Below are positions 39,601-47,843 of a stretch of DNA of 64,000 nt, piece by piece. The stretch spans positions 68,190 through 132,189 of the forward strand of contig CAZSKK010000001.1 in the NCBI GenBank assembly GCA_964607415.1, written 5' to 3'. This stretch comes from an uncultured Candidatus Saccharibacteria bacterium (lineage in GTDB: Bacteria; Patescibacteriota; Dojkabacteria; J137). The number at the start of each line of letters is the position of its first letter. Positions within the stretch are counted from its first letter, which is position 1. A program made the position numbers and the translations under genes. Under the pieces are notes generated by a model. The model saw only the letters and a program-made list of their open reading frames with translations. It did not search any database and was not told where the DNA came from.

Positions 39601-39798
39601 GTATTGAACTCCAAATGTTCCTCCGAAGGCACAGTAAAATGGATCTCCACCGCTTCCAAAGAAGAAATCGGCAAGAACTACCGATGGTGCAAAAAATGAA
39701 GTAAAGCTATACAATAGCAAGAAAGCCAACACTGGCTTCGGCTTAGGAATGATCTTACCAAGGAGCTTCCTAAGCCTTATTTTTTTGAGTATCCTCAT
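36664..39798 (-). CDS. large surface adhesin with DUF11-type repeats, SdrD-B-like domain and sortase-type sorting signal
   Basis: Signal peptide; repeated K...PG..ITY.L...N.G...D..P...W.L units; GFIWDDNNKNG; IADTG + TM + KKRKK. Confidence 0.85.
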   Translation of the reverse strand: MRILKKIRLRKLLGKIIPKPKPVLAFLLLYSFTSFFAPSVVLADFFFGSGGDPFYCAFGGTFGVQYSNLGNGVSYNGGQVQGWGAGSIQGTPVNGVTAVNGFYGDRFDNMRHVAVPPGSTVQVGYWVWNLTGHNVNVPRVDLFTSRSNPSEGDITRLGAGGGYSTVCDAVGGCRSGNLVVIGNQGGFGADPNGNAGGRVVYSFNTIQPIQQVSYSATPEWSGANLNIRYDLTLRNVSTYNVGNIRVLDNLPSGATYDQTHSFSAGETRTITYYDNWNTSYPLNITNNVQIYDNNTYTESTSRAKSHSQDLSHDAQPGFIWRDDHNAPAGWAAPQGTWASQNFSTFSVSIIPYNFTSSNATVNLAPSVQTTKTVSDSNETNVTNNTALNRENITYNVSVTNNGGRVNDVVVTDNYDQNFVSINYADGGSDNGDTLTWNIPSLEHGETRTFAVQAQIFDLAHGDYLFPNSVTTNIPGSNTSTVTTNVNPRAVLDISKVVTDSDETSVEVNTVQGDHYNDSERRLTFSIDYANNGDTDATNVILTDDLTQFASVNEIQGVENISGGGSYDSNTNIITWNIGDLAEGEDGNFTFDLVLNRTAEQDRSIVNTATIDSEETSPLSDSTTTNVLTPRYRLSKTDNTTETNPGEFLTYTITLENLGTGDGYNLRIEDLLPEHVVLSEDSVDPEGNFDGNRTIIWEDTNVDEGLTLNAGQSRTFTYQVQIPLIMPGGTTTLINNVGLTTPTFESEIVTDSTDVLTPTLELTKVQDLPEVVAPGQPITYTLTYRNTGTGFSPSTTLVDSIPEHTLFVSFGESNPEVLGTYDAENNEVQWDLGNIQAGSEGSVSFTVVIEIPTPSDTEIRNSAIIYSPVVETVESEAVAVTTNACCMGGFIWDDNNKNGIFEEEEFGIENARIRLRWSASEYLPENEVELYTDQSGHYVYTGLPFYTPLHVTVEMPNGFDEFTTVNEYTLALLPPREDGVPEDYVEDGIRYVTASGCITFLNAGIYRDIVIADTGDSILIPIGLGISLIGVGVTMLILNFKKRKK

Positions 39799-39828
39799 AA
39801 AATAAGGTGATAAAAAATATAATAATTA

Positions 39829-40161
39829 TTAGGTTTTAACCTCTTCTTTTAATTTCACTTTTACTTGTTTAAGTTTTCTATCAATTTGAATATCAAATAT
39901 TCCATGCTTAACTAATTCCACTAATCCTTTTTCTATTTGATATTCAGTTAATCCAGTTGGAGAAATTAATGTTTTAATTCGGATCTCTTCTTCAATACAC
40001 CATCCGTATCTAAGTTCATCTAGTAAAACGATTACATCTGTTTTCAAATTCTTAATTAAAACTGTAAAAAGAAAACAACCAACTTTTAGTTCTTCTTCGG
40101 AAGTTTGATCTAAACATTCAGAAATAAATTGAATAAATCTCTTATATATTTCAGCTTTCAT
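39829..40161 (-). CDS. hypothetical wHTH-like protein
   Basis: TGLT..QIEKGLVELVKHGI. Confidence 0.5.
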   Translation of the reverse strand: MKAEIYKRFIQFISECLDQTSEEELKVGCFLFTVLIKNLKTDVIVLLDELRYGWCIEEEIRIKTLISPTGLTEYQIEKGLVELVKHGIFDIQIDRKLKQVKVKLKEEVKT

Positions 40162-40561
40162 CTGATAAATTAATTAAAATTAAATTCTCAATATTGATAG
40201 TTGTAGACTTATCAATTATTTTCTTTTTATAATTTTTGACTTTCACTCCTTCAGATTGAGCATTTAGAATTAATTTTCTAATTCGTTCTGCAATCTTTTG
40301 TTCTCTACTTGAAAGGTTTTTGATAGCTTCTTGAAAGTCTTCATTGTCTGAAATGATGAAGAAACCATAAGGACCTTTAGTAGTTGAACCTATAGCGTAA
40401 CCTTCATCATTTACAAGCATTTGAACAGCTCTACGAATTTCTCTATCAGTTAAGCTAACCTTTTCAGCAATCTCATCCACTTGAATAGGATTAGATTTGC
40501 CTACATGTTTCTTTATTAACTTGACGATTCTTTGTAGTTGTTTATCACTTAACTTTTGCAT
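40151..40561 (-). CDS. winged-helix DNA-binding protein of phage/ICE type
   Basis: EIAEKVSLTDREIRRAVQML...IGS....GFF. Confidence 0.65.
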   Translation of the reverse strand: MQKLSDKQLQRIVKLIKKHVGKSNPIQVDEIAEKVSLTDREIRRAVQMLVNDEGYAIGSTTKGPYGFFIISDNEDFQEAIKNLSSREQKIAERIRKLILNAQSEGVKVKNYKKKIIDKSTTINIENLILINLSDES

Positions 40562-40829
40562 TTCTGTATGTTTTGATTTTTAATTTTTTTCGATAATCAC
40601 CAATACTCTCCTTAGAAATAATGAAGAAAATCATGTCAGGCTTAGTCTTAAGTGCTCTAGCAATTCTTAAAAGAGTTAAACTAGTTGGCTCTGCCTGCCA
40701 ATTCTCAATTCTTCTATATGTCCAAAGAGTGATATCGGCTTTACGAGCAAGAGTCTCTTGTGATATCTTTCTATTCCTCCTTATTGTTTTGAGGTGATTG
40801 ATCACCACTTCATCGGGACTCTCTTTCAT
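40545..40829 (-). CDS. XRE-family HTH regulator heading the transfer operon
   Basis: LKTIR...ISQETLA......Y.RIE...EPT...L.RIARAL. Confidence 0.88.
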   Translation of the reverse strand: MKESPDEVVINHLKTIRRNRKISQETLARKADITLWTYRRIENWQAEPTSLTLLRIARALKTKPDMIFFIISKESIGDYRKKLKIKTYRNAKVK

Positions 40830-41118
40830 ACAGATATATTAAGTGCGTAAGAATTTATTAACGAAGATTTTATAAAAGTGTATTTGATAAATCCTTGTCA
40901 AAAAGTAAGTTGATTGGGCTTTTGCGAATTTTGTACTTTTTGTAAAGGTTAGGACATACTAAGATATACCTTCTCACTTTGTGGATTTATAGTAGGATAA
41001 CCTTACCCTTAGTGGTAAAGGATAGCAGCGTTGATACTTACAAAAACATTCCATTTAAAACTTTTCCAAATCTGCTTCAAATATCAAAATCACCTTATAA
41101 ATTTCTTAATTTATATCT

Positions 41119-41388
41119 ATGACAATATTAGAAGCACGTAAAATTCTTGAATTAAGTGAGGATGAATATTCAGATTCACAAATAGAAGAAATCATTGATG
41201 AAACATTTCGTCTTGCAAAGTTCTTTTTAGATAGATTTATGAAAGGGGATATTATCCCTGATGAAGCTATAAAAGAATTTGAAAAAACAGAGAAATCCAA
41301 ATTACCACTAAAACTTTTTACTGAAATTAGTTATAATTCGGATGAAGACAAATCTAAATTAACACAAGTGGAAAATTCCGACTCTTAA
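41119..41388 (+). CDS. small acidic protein upstream of the recombinase
   Basis: MTILEARKILE....YSDSQIEEII ORF; its 3' end is complementary to the downstream leader. Confidence 0.6.
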   Translation: MTILEARKILELSEDEYSDSQIEEIIDETFRLAKFFLDRFMKGDIIPDEAIKEFEKTEKSKLPLKLFTEISYNSDEDKSKLTQVENSDS

Positions 41389-41405
41389 AAGTAGGGGTTA
41401 AAAAC

Positions 41406-41470
41406 GGGTACTTGTGGACTACATTTCCACTTTTTGGATTTGTCTTCACCCACGAGTACCCTTTTTTATT
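41406..41470 (+). terminator. terminator-like stem with U-tract in the recombinase leader
   Basis: GGGTACTTGTGG (41406-41417) pairs with CCACGAGTACCC (41450-41461), then TTTTTTATTT. Confidence 0.6.
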
Positions 41471-41491
41471 TAACTTTGCTTTTTAAGAGAA

Positions 41492-43114
41492 ATGTTACCA
41501 GAGTTTGAGCCATCAACAGACAAAAACTTAAAGATTCCTAGATACTTGGAAAGGACGGTAGCTTTCTATATTCGTGTCAGTGATCCAAAGCAATTGGAGA
41601 AATTCAGCGTTCCTACACAAATCGCTCAATCAAGAGAATATGCTAAACGAGAAAAAATGCGTGAAGTCGGTATCTTCATAGAAAAGGGACAATCAGCTAA
41701 AACTTCAGATAGAACTGAGCTTCAAAACTTACTTCATTTCATCACAAAAAATAAGAATAAGGTTGATTATGTCTTAGTATATAAGATTGATAGATGGGCA
41801 AGAAATAGCATGGACTATTATGCTCTTAAAACTATACTTCTTAAAAATGGTACAAATTTAATCTCATTAATTGAATCACAAGTAGATGATTCACCTACAG
41901 GAAGGTTTCTTGAAAGCTTGTTTTCTGCTGTTGCTCAATTAGATAATGAAAATAAAGGGATTAGAGTTAGAGAATGTATGCGTAGCAAGGCGTTAGATGG
42001 TCATTACCCTGGTAAACCTTATTATGGATATAAAAATCATCCGAAATCAAAGATTCTAGTTAGAGATTTAGAGTATTACGAACACATAAAAAATGCACTT
42101 ATTGATTTTTCTTTAGGGACTACAATACCTGAATTAGTTGAAAGATTTAGAAGAGCTGGTTTGAGAACTAAAGGATGGAACAAGACACCAAGAAGAGAAT
42201 TTAATACAAAAGATATTTGGAAGATACTTACTAAAAGTAGGTTTTACGCTGGTTATTTTGACTGGGGAGAAGTTAAGGATCAATTCGGTAAACACGAGAC
42301 TATGATAACTTGGAAGCAACATACAAAGATACAATCTTTACTCTATCAGAAATCACAATGTGTTTCTCAAGAGCTTATCCAAGATGAACCTTATTTTATA
42401 TTTAATTTTAACCTTACTGGCAAGGAAGGATTTGTGCATTGCAATATCTGCAATAGTAGACTACGTTCTTGCTTCTCCAAAGGTAAAATGGGTACTAGAT
42501 ACCCTTATTATTATTGTTATAACAAAAATTGCACTATGGATAAAAAATCAATCAAAAAACATGAATTAGAACAATTATTCGAAGTATTATTGCAAAAAAT
42601 TACACCTTCAGAAAAGTTCGCTAACCTTTTTAAACATTCAGTAGTTGAACTATGGGAGAAAGAACATGCTATTTATGATGAAAGACATAAACATGCAGAG
42701 AAAAAGCTAGATGATCTAAAAGATAAGAAAGATTACATTAACAAGATGCACAGAACTGGCAGATATAGTGATGAAGAATACGATGAAGAAATAGCCCTAT
42801 GGAAAAATGAAATGGCAGTTGTTCGTCTGGAAATAAATGAAAACTTAATTGATCGAAATGAACTAGAAGTTTTATTGGTTCAAGCAGAACTATTTATAAC
42901 TAGGCTCGAACCCTTGTATCGTTCCTTCAGTACAGAGAATAAGAGACGTTTTTCAACATTAATCTTCCCAAAAGGTGTACGATACGAAAATGGCAAGATC
43001 GAACCCGTGGAAAAGTCCACGCTATTTGAATATCTGGGTGATTTACAGGCTAAAAATGTTGATGTAAATCAAATGGTGACCTCACGGGGAATCGAACCCC
43101 GATTGCCAGGATGA
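41492..43114 (+). CDS. large serine recombinase (integrase)
   Basis: YIRVSDPKQ catalytic Ser, SAKT.DR, YKIDRWAR, P.YGY, zinc ribbon CNIC...YYYCYNKNC, coiled coil. Confidence 0.93.
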   Translation: MLPEFEPSTDKNLKIPRYLERTVAFYIRVSDPKQLEKFSVPTQIAQSREYAKREKMREVGIFIEKGQSAKTSDRTELQNLLHFITKNKNKVDYVLVYKIDRWARNSMDYYALKTILLKNGTNLISLIESQVDDSPTGRFLESLFSAVAQLDNENKGIRVRECMRSKALDGHYPGKPYYGYKNHPKSKILVRDLEYYEHIKNALIDFSLGTTIPELVERFRRAGLRTKGWNKTPRREFNTKDIWKILTKSRFYAGYFDWGEVKDQFGKHETMITWKQHTKIQSLLYQKSQCVSQELIQDEPYFIFNFNLTGKEGFVHCNICNSRLRSCFSKGKMGTRYPYYYCYNKNCTMDKKSIKKHELEQLFEVLLQKITPSEKFANLFKHSVVELWEKEHAIYDERHKHAEKKLDDLKDKKDYINKMHRTGRYSDEEYDEEIALWKNEMAVVRLEINENLIDRNELEVLLVQAELFITRLEPLYRSFSTENKRRFSTLIFPKGVRYENGKIEPVEKSTLFEYLGDLQAKNVDVNQMVTSRGIEPRLPG

Positions 43115-43148
43115 AAACCTGGTGTCCTAACCGTTAGACGATAAGGCC
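43074..43148 (-). tRNA. tRNA-Glu (anticodon TTC), CCA encoded
   Basis: GGCCTTA TC GTCTAACGGTTAGGAC A CCAGG TTTTCAT CCTGG CAAT CGGGG TTCGATT CCCCG TGAGGTC ACCA cloverleaf. Confidence 0.96.
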
Positions 43149-43539
43149 CAAAAACTTGCCTTGAATTGCAAGTTTTTGCAGTTACTTCAACAAAGTTGAA
43201 GTCATTTGCGATAACTTACCAATTTAGCAAATAATTAGTTTTAATTTAAAAGAACAGCTTATTCTGCTGTACCTGAAAATCATTTATAAAAGTACATGCT
43301 TTAAAGATTGTTAAAGCCTATATATAACAATGTTCAAGATATCTTTAAAGCACTGTAATTATAAACAATTTAATTTGTTTTGTGAATTAGATTTTTTTAT
43401 AAAATAGTTTCTGGATTTATCAAAACTTTGTAAACAAAAAATGAACTTGTTCCACTTCTTTTTTAATAACAGCAATCAACCCTCATCTGATATAATTTTT
43501 CAATAGAAAAGCCAGAGTACTCATTACACTATATTTACT

Positions 43540-44199
43540 ATGAGTGATTCATTTGATAAAAACCCACCGGAAAATAGATATTTGAGAGATCTAGGGGATT
43601 ATACCTCTATGTTGAAGCACTACCTAAAAGGATATGCTCCAGGTTTTACTTTAGTTGATAAAACTGGCACTTATCATAAAAAATATTTTGGATACAATCC
43701 CGATAAATATTACGATGAACCTAGTGATTCTGAAAATCAATTAGAATCTATATTCAAAAATGCAAAAACAATACTGGATTTAGGAAGCGGCCAAGGAGAT
43801 TCAGTTAAAAGTGTATTAAAATTTACGCCAAACGTTGCAAGTGTACATACAGTTGATAGTGGATTTACTTCCATACAAATACCTGCTCAACAACATTCCC
43901 ATTTCCAGTCTGACATAAGTGCATTTTTGCAAGATATGCCTACTCTAAATACAGTCTATGATATTGTAATAATGAGAGGAGTTCCTACCCATCATTTGGA
44001 TGCAGCGAATTACGAATCACTATTTCAAAATATTTCAGCCAAAGGTATAGTTTTGGAATTTGGCGATACTTTACTGAATGCTAATGAAATGATTAGAGTT
44101 GGATTTCGGGAACTAATGTCTGTAGAAACAATTGCACCTCGTGGTGATAGACTGTATGATAGAATTTGGCAAAAAACAGACAGCAATCTTACAAGCTGA
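43540..44199 (+). CDS. class I SAM-dependent methyltransferase-like protein
   Basis: ILDLGSGQG, TVD, YDIV. Confidence 0.65.
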   Translation: MSDSFDKNPPENRYLRDLGDYTSMLKHYLKGYAPGFTLVDKTGTYHKKYFGYNPDKYYDEPSDSENQLESIFKNAKTILDLGSGQGDSVKSVLKFTPNVASVHTVDSGFTSIQIPAQQHSHFQSDISAFLQDMPTLNTVYDIVIMRGVPTHHLDAANYESLFQNISAKGIVLEFGDTLLNANEMIRVGFRELMSVETIAPRGDRLYDRIWQKTDSNLTS

Positions 44200-44201
44200 A
44201 G

Positions 44202-44660
44202 CTACTCTCTTTCAATCTTCTTCGCCTCCCTATTCACATTTTCTGTAAATCTAGTTAAAAAATCCACAATAACTTCCAACTCTTTATCCGAATAACTATC
44301 AATTAAATCTTTGTGCGCTTTTTGAATTCCAGTAACTAAATTTTTAGAATCTTTTGCATACTGCTCGTTTATCTCAATCAAAGTTCCTCGCCTATCATTT
44401 GGATTTGATTTACGCTTTATAATATTCTTTTTTTCTAATCTATCTAACATTGTGGTTGTTGAACCAGATGTAAGTCCAGTAAATTTTGCAAGCTCAGTTG
44501 GTGTAGAAACTCCCTTTACCCCAAGCAAAGTTAAACAAACTGATTCAGTTAAATTTAAATCAAACTTTTTTGCCATTACATTTCTAAATAAAATGGAACT
44601 GATGCCATTATCACGCGCTGCCATTAACACTTTTGTTTTTAAATCTGGATTTTTATTCAT
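44202..44660 (-). CDS. MarR-family transcriptional regulator
   Basis: TPTELAKFTGLTSGSTTTMLDRLE, DRR. Confidence 0.92.
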   Translation of the reverse strand: MNKNPDLKTKVLMAARDNGISSILFRNVMAKKFDLNLTESVCLTLLGVKGVSTPTELAKFTGLTSGSTTTMLDRLEKKNIIKRKSNPNDRRGTLIEINEQYAKDSKNLVTGIQKAHKDLIDSYSDKELEVIVDFLTRFTENVNREAKKIERE

Positions 44661-44759
44661 AAAATTGTTGACACTAGCTTGGAAATAAAGTATCTTGATT
44701 ATAAAGCAATTTTAAACAGGAATCAATCTACTTCGTAATTTATTTTTTATTATATATAT

Positions 44760-45203
44760 ATGAATTCAGAAAAAAACACAACAGGCACTTTTTCCGATTT
44801 TGAAAAAGAAGCAATGAGAAATAGAGCCAAAGAACTTAAAGAAGAAGCAAAAGCCCTTAAAAATCGTGATGCTGGTTTAAAAATGATTATGACCGCAATT
44901 GATGCAATGACAGGAAATGATAAAGAAATGGCTAAAAAAATTCACGATATTGTAACTAAAGCTGCTCCAGAATTAATGCCAAAAACCTGGTACGGAATGC
45001 CAGCATATGCCGATAAAAATGGTAAAGCAGTAGTATTTTTTCAACCTGCAGATAAATTTAAAGCACGCTACTCTACACTAGGTTTTAATGATTCAGCAAA
45101 ATTGGACGAAGGAAATATGTGGCCTTCATCTTTTGCACTTATAAAGTTAACAAGTGAGGAAGAAATAAGAATTGCAGATTTGGTAAAAAAAGCTGTTGGA
45201 TAA
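44760..45203 (+). CDS. DUF1801/YdhG-like protein
   Basis: APELMPKTWYGMPAY...VVFFQPA.KFKARYSTLGF. Confidence 0.85.
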   Translation: MNSEKNTTGTFSDFEKEAMRNRAKELKEEAKALKNRDAGLKMIMTAIDAMTGNDKEMAKKIHDIVTKAAPELMPKTWYGMPAYADKNGKAVVFFQPADKFKARYSTLGFNDSAKLDEGNMWPSSFALIKLTSEEEIRIADLVKKAVG

Positions 45204-45266
45204 TTTCAAATTTGTTTTGAAATTCACTTGAACTCCGTCATTCAAAATGCAATAATATCTGTACAC

Positions 45267-45343
45267 ATGAAAACGCTTACCCTGAACACAATTATTGGTT
45301 TCTGCTAAGGATTTAGCCCCGCATAATAGCGGGGTTTTTTTTT
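45267..45343 (+). promoter_or_regulatory. putative leader peptide (MKTLTLNTIIGFC, 45267-45308) plus intrinsic terminator
   Basis: 13-codon ORF, then AGCCCCGC-ATAATA-GCGGGGTT and a T-run, 10 nt before the ATG at 45354; TTGAAC-N17-AATAAT upstream. Confidence 0.6.
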
Positions 45344-45353
45344 ACTCTTTTTT

Positions 45354-46802
45354 ATGACACAAACAAACTCATCAAAAAATTATAGAAGAGTAAACTTGAA
45401 GCTAAGCCTTAGTACTTCAAAAAAGCTAGAGGAAGTAGCTATAAAAAATGGTGTTAGCAAATCTAAACTCATAAGACAATGGATTTTGAGTGCTAAACAT
45501 GATAGTTATCCTGCTTGGGGTAATACTTCAAAGATGTCCAAGACTTACAATTTAAGAATGTCTGTTACTGAAATTAAAAGAATTGAAGAAATTGCTATTT
45601 ATAATGATATTACTTTTAGTGAAGGTTTAAGACGTGTTATTGACTCTCAACTTTTCCTTTCTAAAAAACCAGTTGAAATAAAAAATTTTTATCACGAAAG
45701 TTCCGAAGACTCGCTTAAAGTTCTATGGATGAGGGGTAGGCTGAATGAGCTAAGTGAGCTTTTAGGTAATGATTTAAACAAACTTAGCATAGAAGAACTT
45801 GTACTTTTTGCAAGAAGTCATAAGGAACTTGGAAACTTAAACCAGGCAGAGAATGCAGCAAAATTGCTAAAACATCGCTCATCCAAAATCAATGATATGT
45901 CATACAGAATTAAATTATCAACCGCAGTAAAACTTATTGAAATTGATATTTATTTATACAAACGAGACATTTTAAAAGTTAAATTTTTATTAGAACAGCT
46001 AAGTGTATTAAGACCAGAAATTGTGGACAGAGGAATGGCCGGACTTTATTACTGTCAGCTAGGTGAAGCTTCTGCATTTTCGGAGGATTACTTGACAGCA
46101 ATAAATTATTACGAGAAAGGTTTAGACTACCTTGATGTTTGTAACCACCCTACGCTTATGATCAGAATTTATGTAAGACTAGCAAGGATTTATGAATATT
46201 TATTGGATTATAAATCTGCCCAGAAATACTTTAATAAGGTTTATTCAATCAACAAAACTATTGATAATCAATTGTATTGGGGATGGTTTTATAATGATAA
46301 GGCGATTTTTGATTTCTTAAAAGGTGATTTAAAAGAAGTTGAAGAATCTTTTAAAAAAAGTCTGAATTATTATTCAGAAATAGGCTGTTATAGAGGCGAG
46401 TGTTATGTACATGATCATTTTGCAAGAACAATGTTGTACCAGAACAAACCAGAAGAAGCTTATAGGCTGTTTATGAAAGCAATTGACTTGGAGAAGAACT
46501 TTAGAAATCCAGATGCATTTAGCTACATAAAACTATGTAAATGGTTTATAGAATCCAGAGACAAGTTTGAAGAATCTATTGATAATATTCAAAAAATGAG
46601 AGAGAAAACTACTTCAGGTTTTGAACCAAGCTTTGGCGATTATTTTTTTAATGCTACAAAATTTGTAAATGGAAAAAACGAAGAAACTATAAAAGAAGGT
46701 AAAGAAGGTTTAGAAAGACTTTCTGACATATCTGAAAATAAATTGGTTGCATTTGCTTCAAAAAACGTTATTTCTACAGGTCTACTTCAGGCGATAAGAT
46801 AG
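45354..46802 (+). CDS. regulator with two N-terminal RHH domains and TPR repeats
   Basis: VNLKLS...GVSKSKLIR and YNLRMS...TFSEGLR; TPR-like A..YY.K.L helices. Confidence 0.7.
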   Translation: MTQTNSSKNYRRVNLKLSLSTSKKLEEVAIKNGVSKSKLIRQWILSAKHDSYPAWGNTSKMSKTYNLRMSVTEIKRIEEIAIYNDITFSEGLRRVIDSQLFLSKKPVEIKNFYHESSEDSLKVLWMRGRLNELSELLGNDLNKLSIEELVLFARSHKELGNLNQAENAAKLLKHRSSKINDMSYRIKLSTAVKLIEIDIYLYKRDILKVKFLLEQLSVLRPEIVDRGMAGLYYCQLGEASAFSEDYLTAINYYEKGLDYLDVCNHPTLMIRIYVRLARIYEYLLDYKSAQKYFNKVYSINKTIDNQLYWGWFYNDKAIFDFLKGDLKEVEESFKKSLNYYSEIGCYRGECYVHDHFARTMLYQNKPEEAYRLFMKAIDLEKNFRNPDAFSYIKLCKWFIESRDKFEESIDNIQKMREKTTSGFEPSFGDYFFNATKFVNGKNEETIKEGKEGLERLSDISENKLVAFASKNVISTGLLQAIR

Positions 46803-46803
46803 T

Positions 46804-46852
46804 TAGCAGTTAGCTGTTAGCACTTAGCGTTTAGCGTATAGCGAATAGCTAA
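46804..46852 (+). repeat. degenerate heptamer tandem repeat (TAGCnnn) x7
   Basis: tagcagt tagctgt tagcact tagcgtt tagcgta tagcgaa tagctaa. Confidence 0.85.
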
Positions 46853-46949
46853 TAAAAAATAGTAAAAGGTAACTAGTAAAAAGTGATTACCCTAGGTCGA
46901 AATAGAGAAATAGCAACATAGTATATTTTTATGTTAAAATTCACTCTAT

Positions 46950-47807
46950 ATGGATTATATATCTATAGATTCAAATAGCAGACATAATTTGTATGCAGAT
47001 CAAATAAATCTGTACAAACACCTAGAGGGTAACATAGCCAGACAAATTACACATATTAGTGGAGTTTTAGATCTCATTCAAATAACTGGTGATGTTTCGC
47101 CAACGTTTCAAACTTTTCCTGAGTGGTGGAGTGAACAAGTTGTAAATATGCTAAAAATTTTAATGAAGGTGGAGGAAGATGTGATTCACTTCATGGAATC
47201 AAATAAGACTGAACAAACTATTCTTGGTTTATCGATGATAAGTGCAAGAATTCTTAATAAGCTTACTCCTAGTGAGCTTTCCAGTATTAAAATTTGTACA
47301 AATCAAATTATTGCTATTGTTAAAAGTGAGCTGGAAATAGCAATGAGCGATGAAGATTTAGAAATCAAAGCTAAGCAAATTTCTAGCTTAAGAGGCGGTG
47401 GTCAGCCTATCGAAGACTATATGAAAGCTAACTTTCCTTTCCTAGTTTCAGCTCCAAAGGAAAGAGAAGCAATGATCCTTACAGGAATGACAAAAGAAGA
47501 GTTGGAAGATATTACAGGACTAGATGATGAACAAATAGAGGTCTTTATCCACGAGATAGAGGTATTGGAAGGGGTGACTAAAAACGAATATGAGGAAGCT
47601 ATGAAAACAAGATTGGATGATTTGCTTTATTTAACAGGTTTGTCCATTCAAGAGCTAGCTCTAGAAGCAAAATTAAAGTTAGAATCTTTGAGAATTCTGA
47701 TGGATCAGCCATTAGATTTATTTTCCAAGCTGTCAAGTTTAGTTCTTTCACTTCAACTTTCGTTAGTTGCGTTAAGTTTTGAAGAGAGATTAAAATCAAA
47801 AAATTAG
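46950..47807 (+). CDS. hypothetical acidic helical protein
   Basis: 285-aa ORF with repeated TG(M/L)(T/S)..EL units. Confidence 0.6.
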   Translation: MDYISIDSNSRHNLYADQINLYKHLEGNIARQITHISGVLDLIQITGDVSPTFQTFPEWWSEQVVNMLKILMKVEEDVIHFMESNKTEQTILGLSMISARILNKLTPSELSSIKICTNQIIAIVKSELEIAMSDEDLEIKAKQISSLRGGGQPIEDYMKANFPFLVSAPKEREAMILTGMTKEELEDITGLDDEQIEVFIHEIEVLEGVTKNEYEEAMKTRLDDLLYLTGLSIQELALEAKLKLESLRILMDQPLDLFSKLSSLVLSLQLSLVALSFEERLKSKN

Positions 47808-47843
47808 ATATAATTTATTACCTAAACTTTTAAAAACTTCTAA

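Larger units (their letters stand above)
1..43114. mobile_element. integrative conjugative element inserted at tRNA-Glu; left boundary not seen, so inclusion of 1-12.5 kb is inferred
   Basis: Serine integrase at tRNA, T4SS genes, coupling protein, relaxase, SSBs, RM island; host-type REP palindromes seen only right of the tRNA. Confidence 0.75.

Noticed and set aside
42999-43008. ATCGAACCC-like match to the tRNA T-arm inside the recombinase gene, considered as a second att site
   Set aside because: Only about 9 bp, in coding sequence and 90 bp from the tRNA; no real partial tRNA copy seen elsewhere in the window
23930-43114. Prophage
   Set aside because: No terminase, capsid, portal or tail genes; content is conjugative
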